Positions 54,739 to 64,000 of a DNA stretch of 64,000 bases are shown piece after piece. How positions within the stretch are numbered: position 1 is the stretch's first letter; each line of letters starts with the position of its first letter. The notes under the pieces are model-generated. The model was not told the origin of the DNA, did no database searches, and saw only the letters and a list, made by a program, of their open reading frames with translations. The stretch is from Rotaria socialis (lineage: Eukaryota): the NCBI GenBank assembly GCA_905331295.1, contig CAJNYD010000027.1:1-64000 (forward strand), written 5' to 3'. A program made the translations under genes and the position numbers.

Positions 54739-54929
54739 GTGGACCGAACTCGACAGCACTGCAGTGTCAAGGCGATTCGTGGCACAGGTCCGAGTGAACC
54801 CGGGTGATCTTGGCCGATGTCCAAAAATCCGCTTGAAAGAGCCTGGCCCCAATGGGACCAGCGCCGGCTTTCAAGCCGACGAGAACAGATACTACATTTT
54901 GATCTTAGTCGAAAAGGCCGAGAAGCGAT
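54739..54929 (-). ncRNA. U2: U2 snRNA, full length (~190 nt), variant
   Basis: Reverse strand begins ATCGCTTCTCGGCCTTTTCGACTAAGATCAAAATGTAGTATCTGTTCT. Stems IIa (cgtcggc/gccggcg) and IIb (ctggtccc/ggggccag), IIc complementarity (gcttgaaa/tttcaagc), Sm site GGATTTTTGG, stem IV loop CTGCAGTGC. Confidence 0.93.
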
Positions 54930-55070
54930 GCCTATCTTGGAGGATAGGAAAGCACGAAATTGCGGCTCCAATGACACATCGCTCACTCCAAGGCTCGCAA
55001 AGAACGGAAAAAATGTGAAACGCGTAAGGACAGAAGAAATATCGTGCCCCATATCTCAACAAGAAAAATT
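54930..55070. promoter_or_regulatory. Putative bidirectional snRNA-type promoter between U2 and SL RNA
   Basis: AATTTCGTGC (54961-54952, - strand) lies at -32..-23 of U2. AATATCGTGC (55038-55047) lies at -33..-24 of SL. Both are followed by TATC and CAAGA. Confidence 0.65.
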
Positions 55071-55175
55071 GCTTATTACAACTTACCAAGAGGTAAATGA
55101 TCTTTACTGATCAAATACATGTTGCGATGACGAAATCGTGTGGGTTGATGGTAACATCGACCTACCAGAGCAACA
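55071..55175 (+). ncRNA. Spliced leader (SL) RNA gene, copy 1
   Basis: GCTTATTACAACTTACCAAGAG matches 22 nt of the bdelloid SL exon as I recall it (GGCTTATTACAACTTACCAAGAG) and is followed directly by a GTAAAT donor. Hairpins tgatc/gatca, tgttgc/gcaaca and gtgggttgatg-GTAA-catcgacctac. 3' end inferred. Confidence 0.88.
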
Positions 55176-55520
55176 CTTTTCAATTAAATAAAAAGAAAAA
55201 AAGACAATGATTCATTTTTGAAATAATGAAGAATAAACCATTCATAAAAGTAATAGAATTACATTTGTTTTCAATTGTTCGACTCAATACATTTACAATC
55301 AAACGACGTACTGCTTATCGATGTGAGAAGAAAAAAGTTCTAGAACATCAAAATTTATAAAATGTTAATGATAGAAGCAATCTCGATATTCATAAACAGC
55401 TGCTAATTTCTTTTTTTTAAAGAGACAATAATCGGTATTTTTATTGAAAATGATCTCACTGATTTATTAGTTACAATTGAATAATGTTGAGCCAAATAAG
55501 ATCATACTTTGATAGGTCGA

Positions 55521-55638
55521 GGCCGATGTCCAAAAACTTGCTTGAAAGAGCCTGGCCCCAATGGGACCAGCGCCGGCTTTCAAACCGACGAGAACAGATA
55601 CTACACTTTGATCTTAGCCGAAAAGGCCGAGAAGCGAT
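55521..55638 (-). pseudogene. U2: 3'-truncated U2 snRNA copy (first 118 nt)
   Basis: Near-canonical 5' end ATCGCTTCTCGGCCTTTTCGGCTAAGATCAAAGTGTAGTATCTGTTCT. Sm site altered to AAGTTTTTGG. Stems III and IV are removed by the duplication breakpoint. Confidence 0.88.
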
Positions 55639-55781
55639 GCCTATCTTGGAGGGTAGGGAAAGCACGAAATTGCGGCTGCAATGACACATCGCTCACTCCA
55701 AGGCTCGCACAGAACAGGAAAAAAAATGAAACGCGTAAGGGCAGAAGAAATATCGTGCCCCACATCTCAACGAGAAAAATT

Positions 55782-55886
55782 GCTTATTACAACTTACCAA
55801 GAGGTAAATGATCTTTACTGATCAAATACATGTTGCGATGACGAAATCGTGTGGGTTGATGGTAACATCGACCTGCCAGAGCAACA
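55782..55886 (+). ncRNA. Spliced leader (SL) RNA gene, copy 2
   Basis: Same leader and GT donor as copy 1. The one difference I see (cctac vs cctgc) changes a U-A pair to U-G and keeps the hairpin. Confidence 0.88.
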
Positions 55887-58473
55887 CTTTTCAATTAAAT
55901 AAAAAGAAAAAAAGACAATGATTCATTTTTGAAATAATGAAGAATAAACCATTCATAAAAGTAATAGAATTACATTTGTTTTCAACTGTTCGACTCAATA
56001 CATTTACAATCAAACGACATACTGCTTATCGATTTGGGAAGAGAAAGGTTCCAGAACATCAAAACTTATAAAATGTTAATGATAGAAGCAATCTCGATAT
56101 TCATAAACAGCTGCTAATTTCTTTTTTTTAAGAGCAATAATCGATATTTTTATTGAAAATGATCTCACTGATTTATTAGTTACAATTGAATAATGTTGAG
56201 TCAAATACGATCATACTTTGATAGGTCGAAGTGTAATGTGATCGGTACAATTGTTTTAAGCTGACTCTTATAAAAACAAATGCTTTTTCTGATGGCAACG
56301 ATGAAGTACCTATTTCGATAGTTGTCAGAGATCATTCTGATTTAAATCGAGTAATATACGAATTTATTGATGGTGGTTGTTACAAGTTATTTCGCTGAAC
56401 AAAATACAATATGAATACCGTGAACTTTCGATACTTTCGTCAATAGACACATATAAGTATCAACTGGAAAATTTGTTTAAAATCCCAACTATACATAAAG
56501 CTTAGAACGGTAGTCAGAAAAATCATTGTATAAATCACAATTTATTAGACTCGCAATACTGCGTGTTTACTTTTATCATAACCTATGATCGATAAGTCAA
56601 ATATTATTTTCATAGAGTAATACTGGTGGTAACACTATCTAACTTCAAGCCCAACGGATGTGAAATATGTTATAGGTTTTTCACGGTTGTCAAGTTTTCG
56701 TGAAAATGGATAACACAATCAGATAAAAAAAACCTTCGTCTTGCTTACTGTTTATAAATGATCAACATTTTCATTCGCAAATTCGAATCCTTAGTTTTTT
56801 TTTCTATAACGAAAATTTGAATAAAAAGATTCAGCAGAATTTGATTCGAACGCAGCTTATATTGCTCAGATCTTATAAATACAAAACTTCGTGAAACTAA
56901 ACAACGTGTAATAGTTCGATTAAGACAATTGGCTAGGCAAAGTTTCTAGTCACTTAAATAATTGTATATTTTAGAAAAAAACAAAGGAATGAAATTTGCT
57001 TGAAGTGATCTAAATTGAAAGATAAAATATATCTCTACTCATAGCTTGAAATCAATGGAGTGTTGAAATACAATCATGAAAACGATGTATCTACCTTTTT
57101 AAAATATGAAATACTTTCAGACACATTCATTAATACTAATTCAAAGATATTAATATTTTACCCGTTGTCTGTTTTTCCTATTGTGTAAGTCGAGAACCTA
57201 CAAGCCACCTGAATTTTAATAATCATGTTTGTTAAAATGTGATTCTCTAATTCTAAGTATGTGATTTTCTGTTAGGATGGCATATTGATTATATTCAGTT
57301 CTTATTCAGATTCTCAGAGGAAAAAAACACGGTAATTTCATGAAACAATCAAATGTCTGTGATATTTTTATGATAAATTCGAGTTACAATTTATTACTCA
57401 AAATTATGTGTTACACAAATATAATTTAATTCATACATCATAGAAAAAGTATCGAGTGACTTTACGAAGATTGTGTCTGGTGAGTGTCTCTTCTACGATT
57501 AAACACAATTAAATATTTTCGATGTAATTTTGAAAATCAAATGAAAACTCTGTTTTAAATTTATAATAGAACAGAATTCAATTGATTCATTTCACTGCAT
57601 ACTTTGAAACGAAGACAAGTTGTTGCTCTTTAAATTCACTCTGGAATGCAATTATCTTTTGAAGTATAAGATATTTTACCACCTATTTCCAATGCTAGAA
57701 ATTCTAAAATAAGTATGACGCAAGATGGCGATGCTCTGCGAATTAACAAGTTGTTACTTTTGAGCGACTAAGTTTCGAGATCAGGAATATTTCGATATAA
57801 ATGAAGAATGTTCTCCTATTTGCTTTGTGAATAAATTTCAAATTATTATCTAGGATCAAAGAATCTAACCTACTCATTTTTTCATGAAAGTTCGTTATTT
57901 AGTGTTTTAACTTCACCGACAACAATATTTATCGTTTGGTAACTTTCTTGCACTTGCTAACTCTAATTTATGTATCATTAAAACAATTATTTGTTGAAAA
58001 GTATCAGTTACATAATATTCTGGGAATTGAGCTTGACAAACTTAAACAGATTCGCTTATTTACGTTGATCTAATAATTGTTATAAAAATGATAATCGAAC
58101 AAGATGTATTTTAAAAATTCTAACCAACAACTATTTCATCTTAATAAGATGATCTTATTAAAATAATATATTTTTACCCTGGAAACGGAGACCAAAAAAC
58201 TTTTCGGAATACTGCTTCCAGAATTCGATGGAAAATCACCGAATCAGACTGTTTCCTGCCGTACATATTTGACCCGGAACCCATACACTCAAGATGTGAT
58301 ACTTAGAATATTTTTATAGTAGCTTTTAGCTTTGTATTAACCGATGAATGAAGGGAATGTGTGTTTCAACCAAATATATTAGTTTCTACTATTTTTCAAA
58401 TTGTCATAATTTTAACGAAATTTAGACAATAAAGTCACCAGCAATAATGGGTATTGTCGTAAATCCTATGTAG

Positions 58474-58696
58474 GGGTGGCATTTTAACTTTAATAAAAGT
58501 ACTGTAAAAATGAAAAGTAAGTTTTAGCTCTTTATGTACGGTTCTATATAATTTTTACAGTAACTTTAAACTTTAAACTTTAATAAGCAGAGTTTAAAGT
58601 TTAAAGTTACACTAAGAACCATATATAACCGTACATAAAGAGCTAAAACTTACCTTTCATTTTTACAATACTTTTATTAAAGTTAAAGTGCCATCC
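58474..58696. mobile_element. Foldback MITE, ~105 bp inverted arms
   Basis: gggtggcattttaactttaataaaagta...gtaactttaaactttaaact is mirrored by agtttaaagtttaaagttac...tacttttattaaagttaaagtgccatcc. Confidence 0.85.
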
Positions 58697-59724
58697 AGGG
58701 TTGCCAACTGTACCCCATTTTGAGATACAGTACCCCACTTGGACTTTTCCCTTTACACTATATATATCAATCACCTTTCAATATAAATCAATGACATTTT
58801 TGGCTTTAACTACCGTTTTTCTTGTGGAGATAAAAGTGTTAATCATATTAACCGGCTGCCCAAGGAGTCAAAAATTTGGAAAAACGCGTTTAAACGCTCA
58901 AAATAGAACCATGGTTGTGAGCCATTAGCGCTTATTAAAAAACCGCAAGAAGCACATTTTATGTTCAAAATTTGTACTTTCAGAGCGTAAAAAAGACGGG
59001 AAAATTCAGTTTTTAATGTTAAAGCACACTTTTATTCTATAATGTAAAAACAATGCAGCTTAGCACTCAAAAACTGGAGTTCTCCGCCGGCTTCACGCTC
59101 TAATAATGAAAATTTTGAATACATAACGCCTTTCTTGCCGGTTTTTAATGAGCGCTAATGGCGCACAATGACCGTCTCATTTTGAACGTTTAAGCGTGTT
59201 TTTCCAAATTTTTGTCTGCTTCGGTGGGGATTCAGTCATATGAAGCACACATGGACACCAAGTCGAAACTCGATGTCAACTGAGACCATTGCGGCTGAAT
59301 GAAAAGTTAGGTTGAAGTTGAATACTAAGCTGAAATGTGAAGATTATGATTTATTTGTACAGTCGCAACCAGAATGGGTCAAACTTGCCAAAAGCAAATA
59401 GCAATACCGTCATGAAAAAAAGATGTGCGTCAGTTAATGTGAATACAGAGCGTTTTTTCTAATGAAACATTTTTGTTTTATCTTTTGAACAAAAATATGT
59501 TGAAAACAGCAATAACTGCGAACTCATTTGTTTGAAAGCAAACATTCCAGATTATGTCTTGCACACAGGCAGTTGAACGTGATCTTTCTCTCGCTAAAAA
59601 TGCTATTGCCAGCCGTTTCGTGACATCAATTCCTTGTCTTGTAAAAACACTTTGTCCCCCACGAGCGTACCCCATTATGAAAAGAATTGTACCCCATTGG
59701 AGACCTTAACAGTTGGCAACCATT
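58696..59724. mobile_element. Non-autonomous hAT-like element containing a nested MITE
   Basis: Inverted termini cagggttgccaactgt / acagttggcaacc, subterminal gtacccca repeats near both ends, and faint frameshifted transposase C-terminal remnants near 59430-59610. Confidence 0.7.
58859..59224. mobile_element. CCCAAGCAGACAAA-family MITE, palindromic over most of its length
   Basis: cccaaggagtcaaaaatttggaaaaacgcg ... cgtgtttttccaaatttttgtctgcttcgg, flanked by TG on both sides. Confidence 0.8.
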
Positions 59725-60490
59725 ATTAAACCCTTCAGACTTCGTGAGTATTGTTCTAGAGGCTATCATAACATCAATTCCTACCAGAGTTCTCTACCTA
59801 TCTTCATATCAATCGACGAACAATACCAAGAATCTGTCAGTAAAGGCTTCGAAATGATTATATAATGCTCTAGATAGCAGAGTATGGTTAAAAGTAAGTC
59901 TTCTTTCGTGTTGTGAAAAAAATTGAGTGAAAAGTTGTATTTTGTCAATATAGATATCGCATTGCCGATTTAGAGTTCTCAAGTATGTTGATATCAATTT
60001 TGAATGAAAGTCAATATTTTCTGAAATTCAAACTATCACCGAGAAAAATCTGACATCATTCGAATTGTCACTATAGCCTATATAGAATTATTCAAGGCCA
60101 ATAGCGCTTAACAGTCGTTTTTCCTATTTGACAACCTCAAACATCAGTAGTTATTCATGTAAAATAAAATATGTGAAAGAAAGAATAGTGACGAAAGCAT
60201 GTCGCTGGATGACGTCCTACGAGCTAGACTGACTAATGTTAAAAATTGACGTCAACGTTGATACCATATCTGCCATATTAGATGTTGTTGACTCAGAGAA
60301 GAACGGGAAAAGAAAAAGAAAAGGGTAGCCAGAAGAAAAGAAAAAGCAGGCGGGTAGGCATACTGAGCAAGTTTTATCGTTTATTTCGTCGTAATCTACC
60401 GAGAAAAGTGTATAAATAACCCAATCCAAACATTATCATATATTATTCTCAAGTTTTTCTACTACCCACATCAACAAAAAACAAAACAAC

Positions 60491-61222
60491 ATGAGTAAGT
60501 TTATCTTAAATTTGATTTCGATAGTTTTTATCAAAGGATTGCTATGAACTAATAAGAGAAGTATTCACTGTCTCAGTGTTTACTTTCATAGATCACCTAG
60601 TGTAAGAATTGATTGATAGAAATTTTCTTCTGAATAGATTTCATAACAAAACAAATTGAAAAGAAAGTTGGTATCGATTTAAATGGTGATGGTGTCATTG
60701 GTTCAGGTATGGATTCTTTTTCTAAATGTAACCATGATTGATAAAAATCAGTTTTATCTATCGAAAATAGGTCGCCAGGGATATGGTGGTGGCTACGGAC
60801 AAGCTCACGGTGCTGGAGGTGGTATGATGAATCAATTAGAAAAAGTTACACATATGGATCTTAACGGCGATGGACGTGTTGGTGGTGGTGCTGGTGCTGG
60901 TTATGCCCCACCTCCTAACCAATATGGACCTCCTAGTTATCCTCCGCAATATAATCAATACTGTGGTCCACCGGTTCCTCCAAATTATGGTGGCCCTGGT
61001 TACCCTCCGAACTATAATCAATATGGTGGTGGTTATGCTCCACCACCAATGAATCAATACGGTGCACCCGGCTATGCACCTGCTCCATATCAAGGGGGTG
61101 GTATGGGTGGTGGATTGATTAATCAATTAGAAAAAGTTACACATATGGATCTCAATGGTGATGGTCGTGTTGGTGGCTCTGGTTATCGCCCACCTCAAAA
61201 TCAATATGGTCCTCCCTATTGA
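60491..61222 (+). CDS. Gly/Pro/Tyr-rich protein with three DLNGDG repeats; join(60491..60494,60638..60706,60771..61222), 174 aa
   Basis: TATA-like gtataaataa near 60410; phase-compatible GT-AG introns; QIEKKVGIDLNGDGVIG plus two copies of NQLEKVTHMDLNGDGRVG. Confidence 0.8.
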
Positions 61223-61647
61223 AACAATGCCAACTGTACAATAAAATATACATTTGTCGTCTTGTTGTAAATTCTACACTAATCTATATAATTATTGATT
61301 AAAATTTTAAAATAATTATTTTTTATTTCTACGTCTGTGCAATAAAATGCAACTAAGAGTTCTGAGGAAATCAAAAGACGTACTATAATGACCTAAATGT
61401 ATTATCACCTACCTGATTTGTCACATCTATTTTTTTATTATTTTACTATAAACTAACAATGACCTTTGCTCATAAGAGTAACATACGGGTCATGGTGTTC
61501 CAATAATAATTTCTTAAAATAAAAGTATCTTTTTTCATCAATTTTATTGAAAGTCAAGAAACAGAAAAATAGTTTCACTAGGACCGGGTACACGTATTTC
61601 TGATTAAAATAGAATATACAACAATCAATCACTGTGTCATCAATTCT

Positions 61648-61998
61648 TCATCTTTGTTGGACAAGTGAATTTTCCAGACAAATAATAATCATAAAAAGTG
61701 GTAATAAACTCGTGCAATATTCAAACTCTTTATGATTGCTAAAATCCATGATTTGTTTCGTACGAATAAGTGTTAAAATTGTATTTAAAATATTTTTGCC
61801 ACCAACTTTATCTTCAAGGTAAAGACGTAATTTATATATAATTTCTTCTGGTTTTGCTTTTACTTTTTGAGCTTCATGAACACAATGAAGACCATCAAGA
61901 TAATCGTCTGTTGTCAACATTGGCATCGGTGGTGTTGACGATGATGAACAACAAGTAGGAGCATGAACATTTTCAGACGAAAATGATGGATCGTTCAT
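61648..61998 (-). CDS. Hypothetical protein, 116 aa
   Basis: Uninterrupted ORF with protein-like composition and a helical-looking C-terminal half. No family confidently recognised. Confidence 0.5.
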   Translation of the reverse strand: MNDPSFSSENVHAPTCCSSSSTPPMPMLTTDDYLDGLHCVHEAQKVKAKPEEIIYKLRLYLEDKVGGKNILNTILTLIRTKQIMDFSNHKEFEYCTSLLPLFMIIICLENSLVQQR

Positions 61999-63707
61999 AT
62001 CAATAATTCAATAACTCAATGAGCACTTTTGAGATTTAGCAAACTGAATTACGGTCTTATGATAAGAAGTAATCGATCGACAATAGCGACATCAAAAAAT
62101 ACACCAATGAAAAGATTATATTACACAGATGGCAGTATACTACAAGCTGAGTTTTTGTCTTCAACATACACTTTCAACACGTTGATTAAAAGCGTAGTAA
62201 TGATGTAGAAATGGTATTCAATTAAATATAACGACATACCAATGAGTGTACAACAACTCTACTGTAGAATGTTCATCAACATTGAATAGAAGAGATATGA
62301 CTTCCAATTGATATCACTGCATATAAAGGAGTGATCAAGGACATTATTTTCAAGTTGAATATGCTCTGATTTCAATCTCAAATATCAATTTCTCATGAGT
62401 TTAAAAAAATCTTCATTTCTTTTTTTTAATCTTACTTTAGTACTATTATCAAGGAAAAAATTGGCAAGAAGAGACACACAACTGAAGTCAAAGTCAAGTA
62501 CTTATTAAACGTCTGTTACGTATTTTATTTTATGACCGAATCATATCATAAATATCCATATAAAGATTATGCTCTTTTTCTTTTACTCCAGGAAGCTTCA
62601 CATTAAGTACGCATGCCATTCGTCTATGAGCAATAAACAAGATAATTCGAAAAGTATGTATATTGAATGAGAAATATCTGAAAGATTCCATCGTATTTTA
62701 TTACTTAGAAAAAATTCTTAAAAAATAAAACGTCACCGTTCATTTAAATTCAATCAATAGTCGAATTCAACTCTAAAGAATCACAATAAGATCGCATGAA
62801 GAGAGCATTGGCGCAACATTCTCTTTCATACGCGAACAGAATCTTATGTGTGAATGAAACGCAAAGCTCTGTGAAGAAAATGAGCACAATGAGAAATGTG
62901 CCAATATAGAATAGGCAATATTGTATAAAATATTCGCATTAAAAACTCACTTATCCGCATGATTAAGTACTCAGACGTTTACACATGATTAAAAGAGTAC
63001 AACGGCATAAGATTTCAACAGCAACAGCAACAACAACAACAACAACAACAGAAAAAGATTCTATGCAAGTAGGATAAAAATATGTAATATTATGTTGGCA
63101 CAACTACAGTCAGCCATCTGGCTTTTGTTTATTTATTCTGAGCATGATATAATGACAGTTAATGATCGACATCTAGCGCTCTCTATTAATGGTTATATAT
63201 GGATTGCCTTACTATTCAACCAGTCTACTAAGAATTAACATGGTCGTTGTTGGTTATTATATGTATGCATGCGCGAAAAACTCTCTCTCTCTTCAAAGAA
63301 AGAGAATTTTGCTCTTCACCGTTCGCCAACCAGCGCTTATTGCTGCTCCTGATTTTTTTCTTCTTTTCTTCTGTCTCTTTTTACTTTGTTTCTTCACTTT
63401 GGTAACAGAGCAGAATGTATACCGTAGTTCGTTCGTTCGTTTGCCTGTCTCCTCTTTTGCGCCTCTCTGTCCCTTTAGTTGACATTTGACATCTGTTGCT
63501 GCTTGATGTACGTATGCGTATACGTGTATCCACATATATATATATATATGCATGGATTTACTTACTTTCGAGCACAAAAAAAACTACTGGGTCACACTAT
63601 TCAGTCGAAGGACAATGGCGCAGTCTATAATCATTCAATTTCTTTTTTTTACTTCATTATTTTTAGATTTAAATTCCAATGAACTAAACACGCCATAATT
63701 AAAGAGA

Positions 63708-63985
63708 AGTAAGAATTAATTTCTAATTTGAATTTTGAATATTATTTTCTTTCTCTTATCGTCAGTGGGCACATATATTGTTGAATATGATTATATTGCT
63801 AAATCATCAGATGAATTAACAATAAGAAAAGGAGATCTTATCACTGATGCTGTACCAGCTGAAGATGGTTGGTTGAAAGGAGAATGTCGTGGAACATTTG
63901 GGTTTGTAGTTTTTTTCTTCTTCTACTAAATTTAATTAAAGTTTACGTTTTTCTTTCAAGTCATTTTCCAGAAAATTTTGTTACT
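63708..63985 (+). CDS. SH3-domain adaptor (CD2AP/CIN85-like N-terminus), partial; runs off the window
   Basis: MGTYIVEYDYIAKSSDELTIRKGDLIT...EDGWLKGECRGTFGHFPENFVT from exons 63708, 63766-63901 and 63961-63985. Confidence 0.8.
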
Positions 63986-64000
63986 GTAAGTTGAATTTTT

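Larger units (their letters stand above)
54812..56229. repeat. Tandem direct duplication, 2 x 709 bp (54812-55520, 55521-56229)
   Basis: Both copies start ggccgatgtccaaaaa and end gatcatactttgataggtcga, with scattered substitutions and small indels. Confidence 0.95.

Noticed and set aside
54812..54925. Hammerhead-like CCGACGAG...CGAAA three-way junction on the + strand
   Set aside because: The core is not CUGANGA, there is no correctly placed UH site, and the structure is explained as the antisense of U2.
54528..55811. Overlapping GC-rich ORFs in the ORF track (54528-55052, 54764-55018, 54817-55110, 55471-55811)
   Set aside because: They are chance frames across the U2 and SL RNA genes and do not stay consistent between the duplicate copies.

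Overview
AT-rich, intron-dense eukaryotic genomic DNA (many ~50-60 bp introns, three N-gaps). It is most likely from a bdelloid rotifer, because it carries two copies of the rotifer spliced-leader exon, TGTGGG repeats, and ART, TRAF and F-box families typical of bdelloids. Positions ~4-41 kb are a compact block of intact genes: an exostosin/GT47-like glycosyltransferase, aralar/citrin carrier, methyl-end fatty acid desaturase, ferroportin, Speedy/RINGO, PP1 catalytic subunit, F-box/LRR protein, TBC1D25, a His/Pro-rich peptide, a LIM-like protein, a YccV-domain protein, ARP6 and RPL35A. Positions 0-3.5 kb and ~42-60 kb are rich in MITEs, transposase relics and pseudogenes (metallophosphoesterase, ADP-ribosyltransferase, TRAF). 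The main observation is invisible to the ORF track. At 54.7-56.2 kb a U2 snRNA gene (- strand) and a spliced-leader (SL) RNA gene (+ strand) sit head-to-head, 141 bp apart, with a mirror-image promoter motif AATWTCGTGC. The unit is tandemly duplicated (709 bp), giving two SL genes, one full-length variant U2 and one 3'-truncated U2. Other notable items: a possible SL-resolved operon (LIM-YccV-ARP6), palindromic elements built from telomere-type TGTGGG hexamers, a 12-nt PP1 micro-exon encoding the catalytic GDIHG motif, a GC-AG intron and an intron-split start codon. Exon structures were derived by eye and family calls come from recalled motifs; no searches were run.
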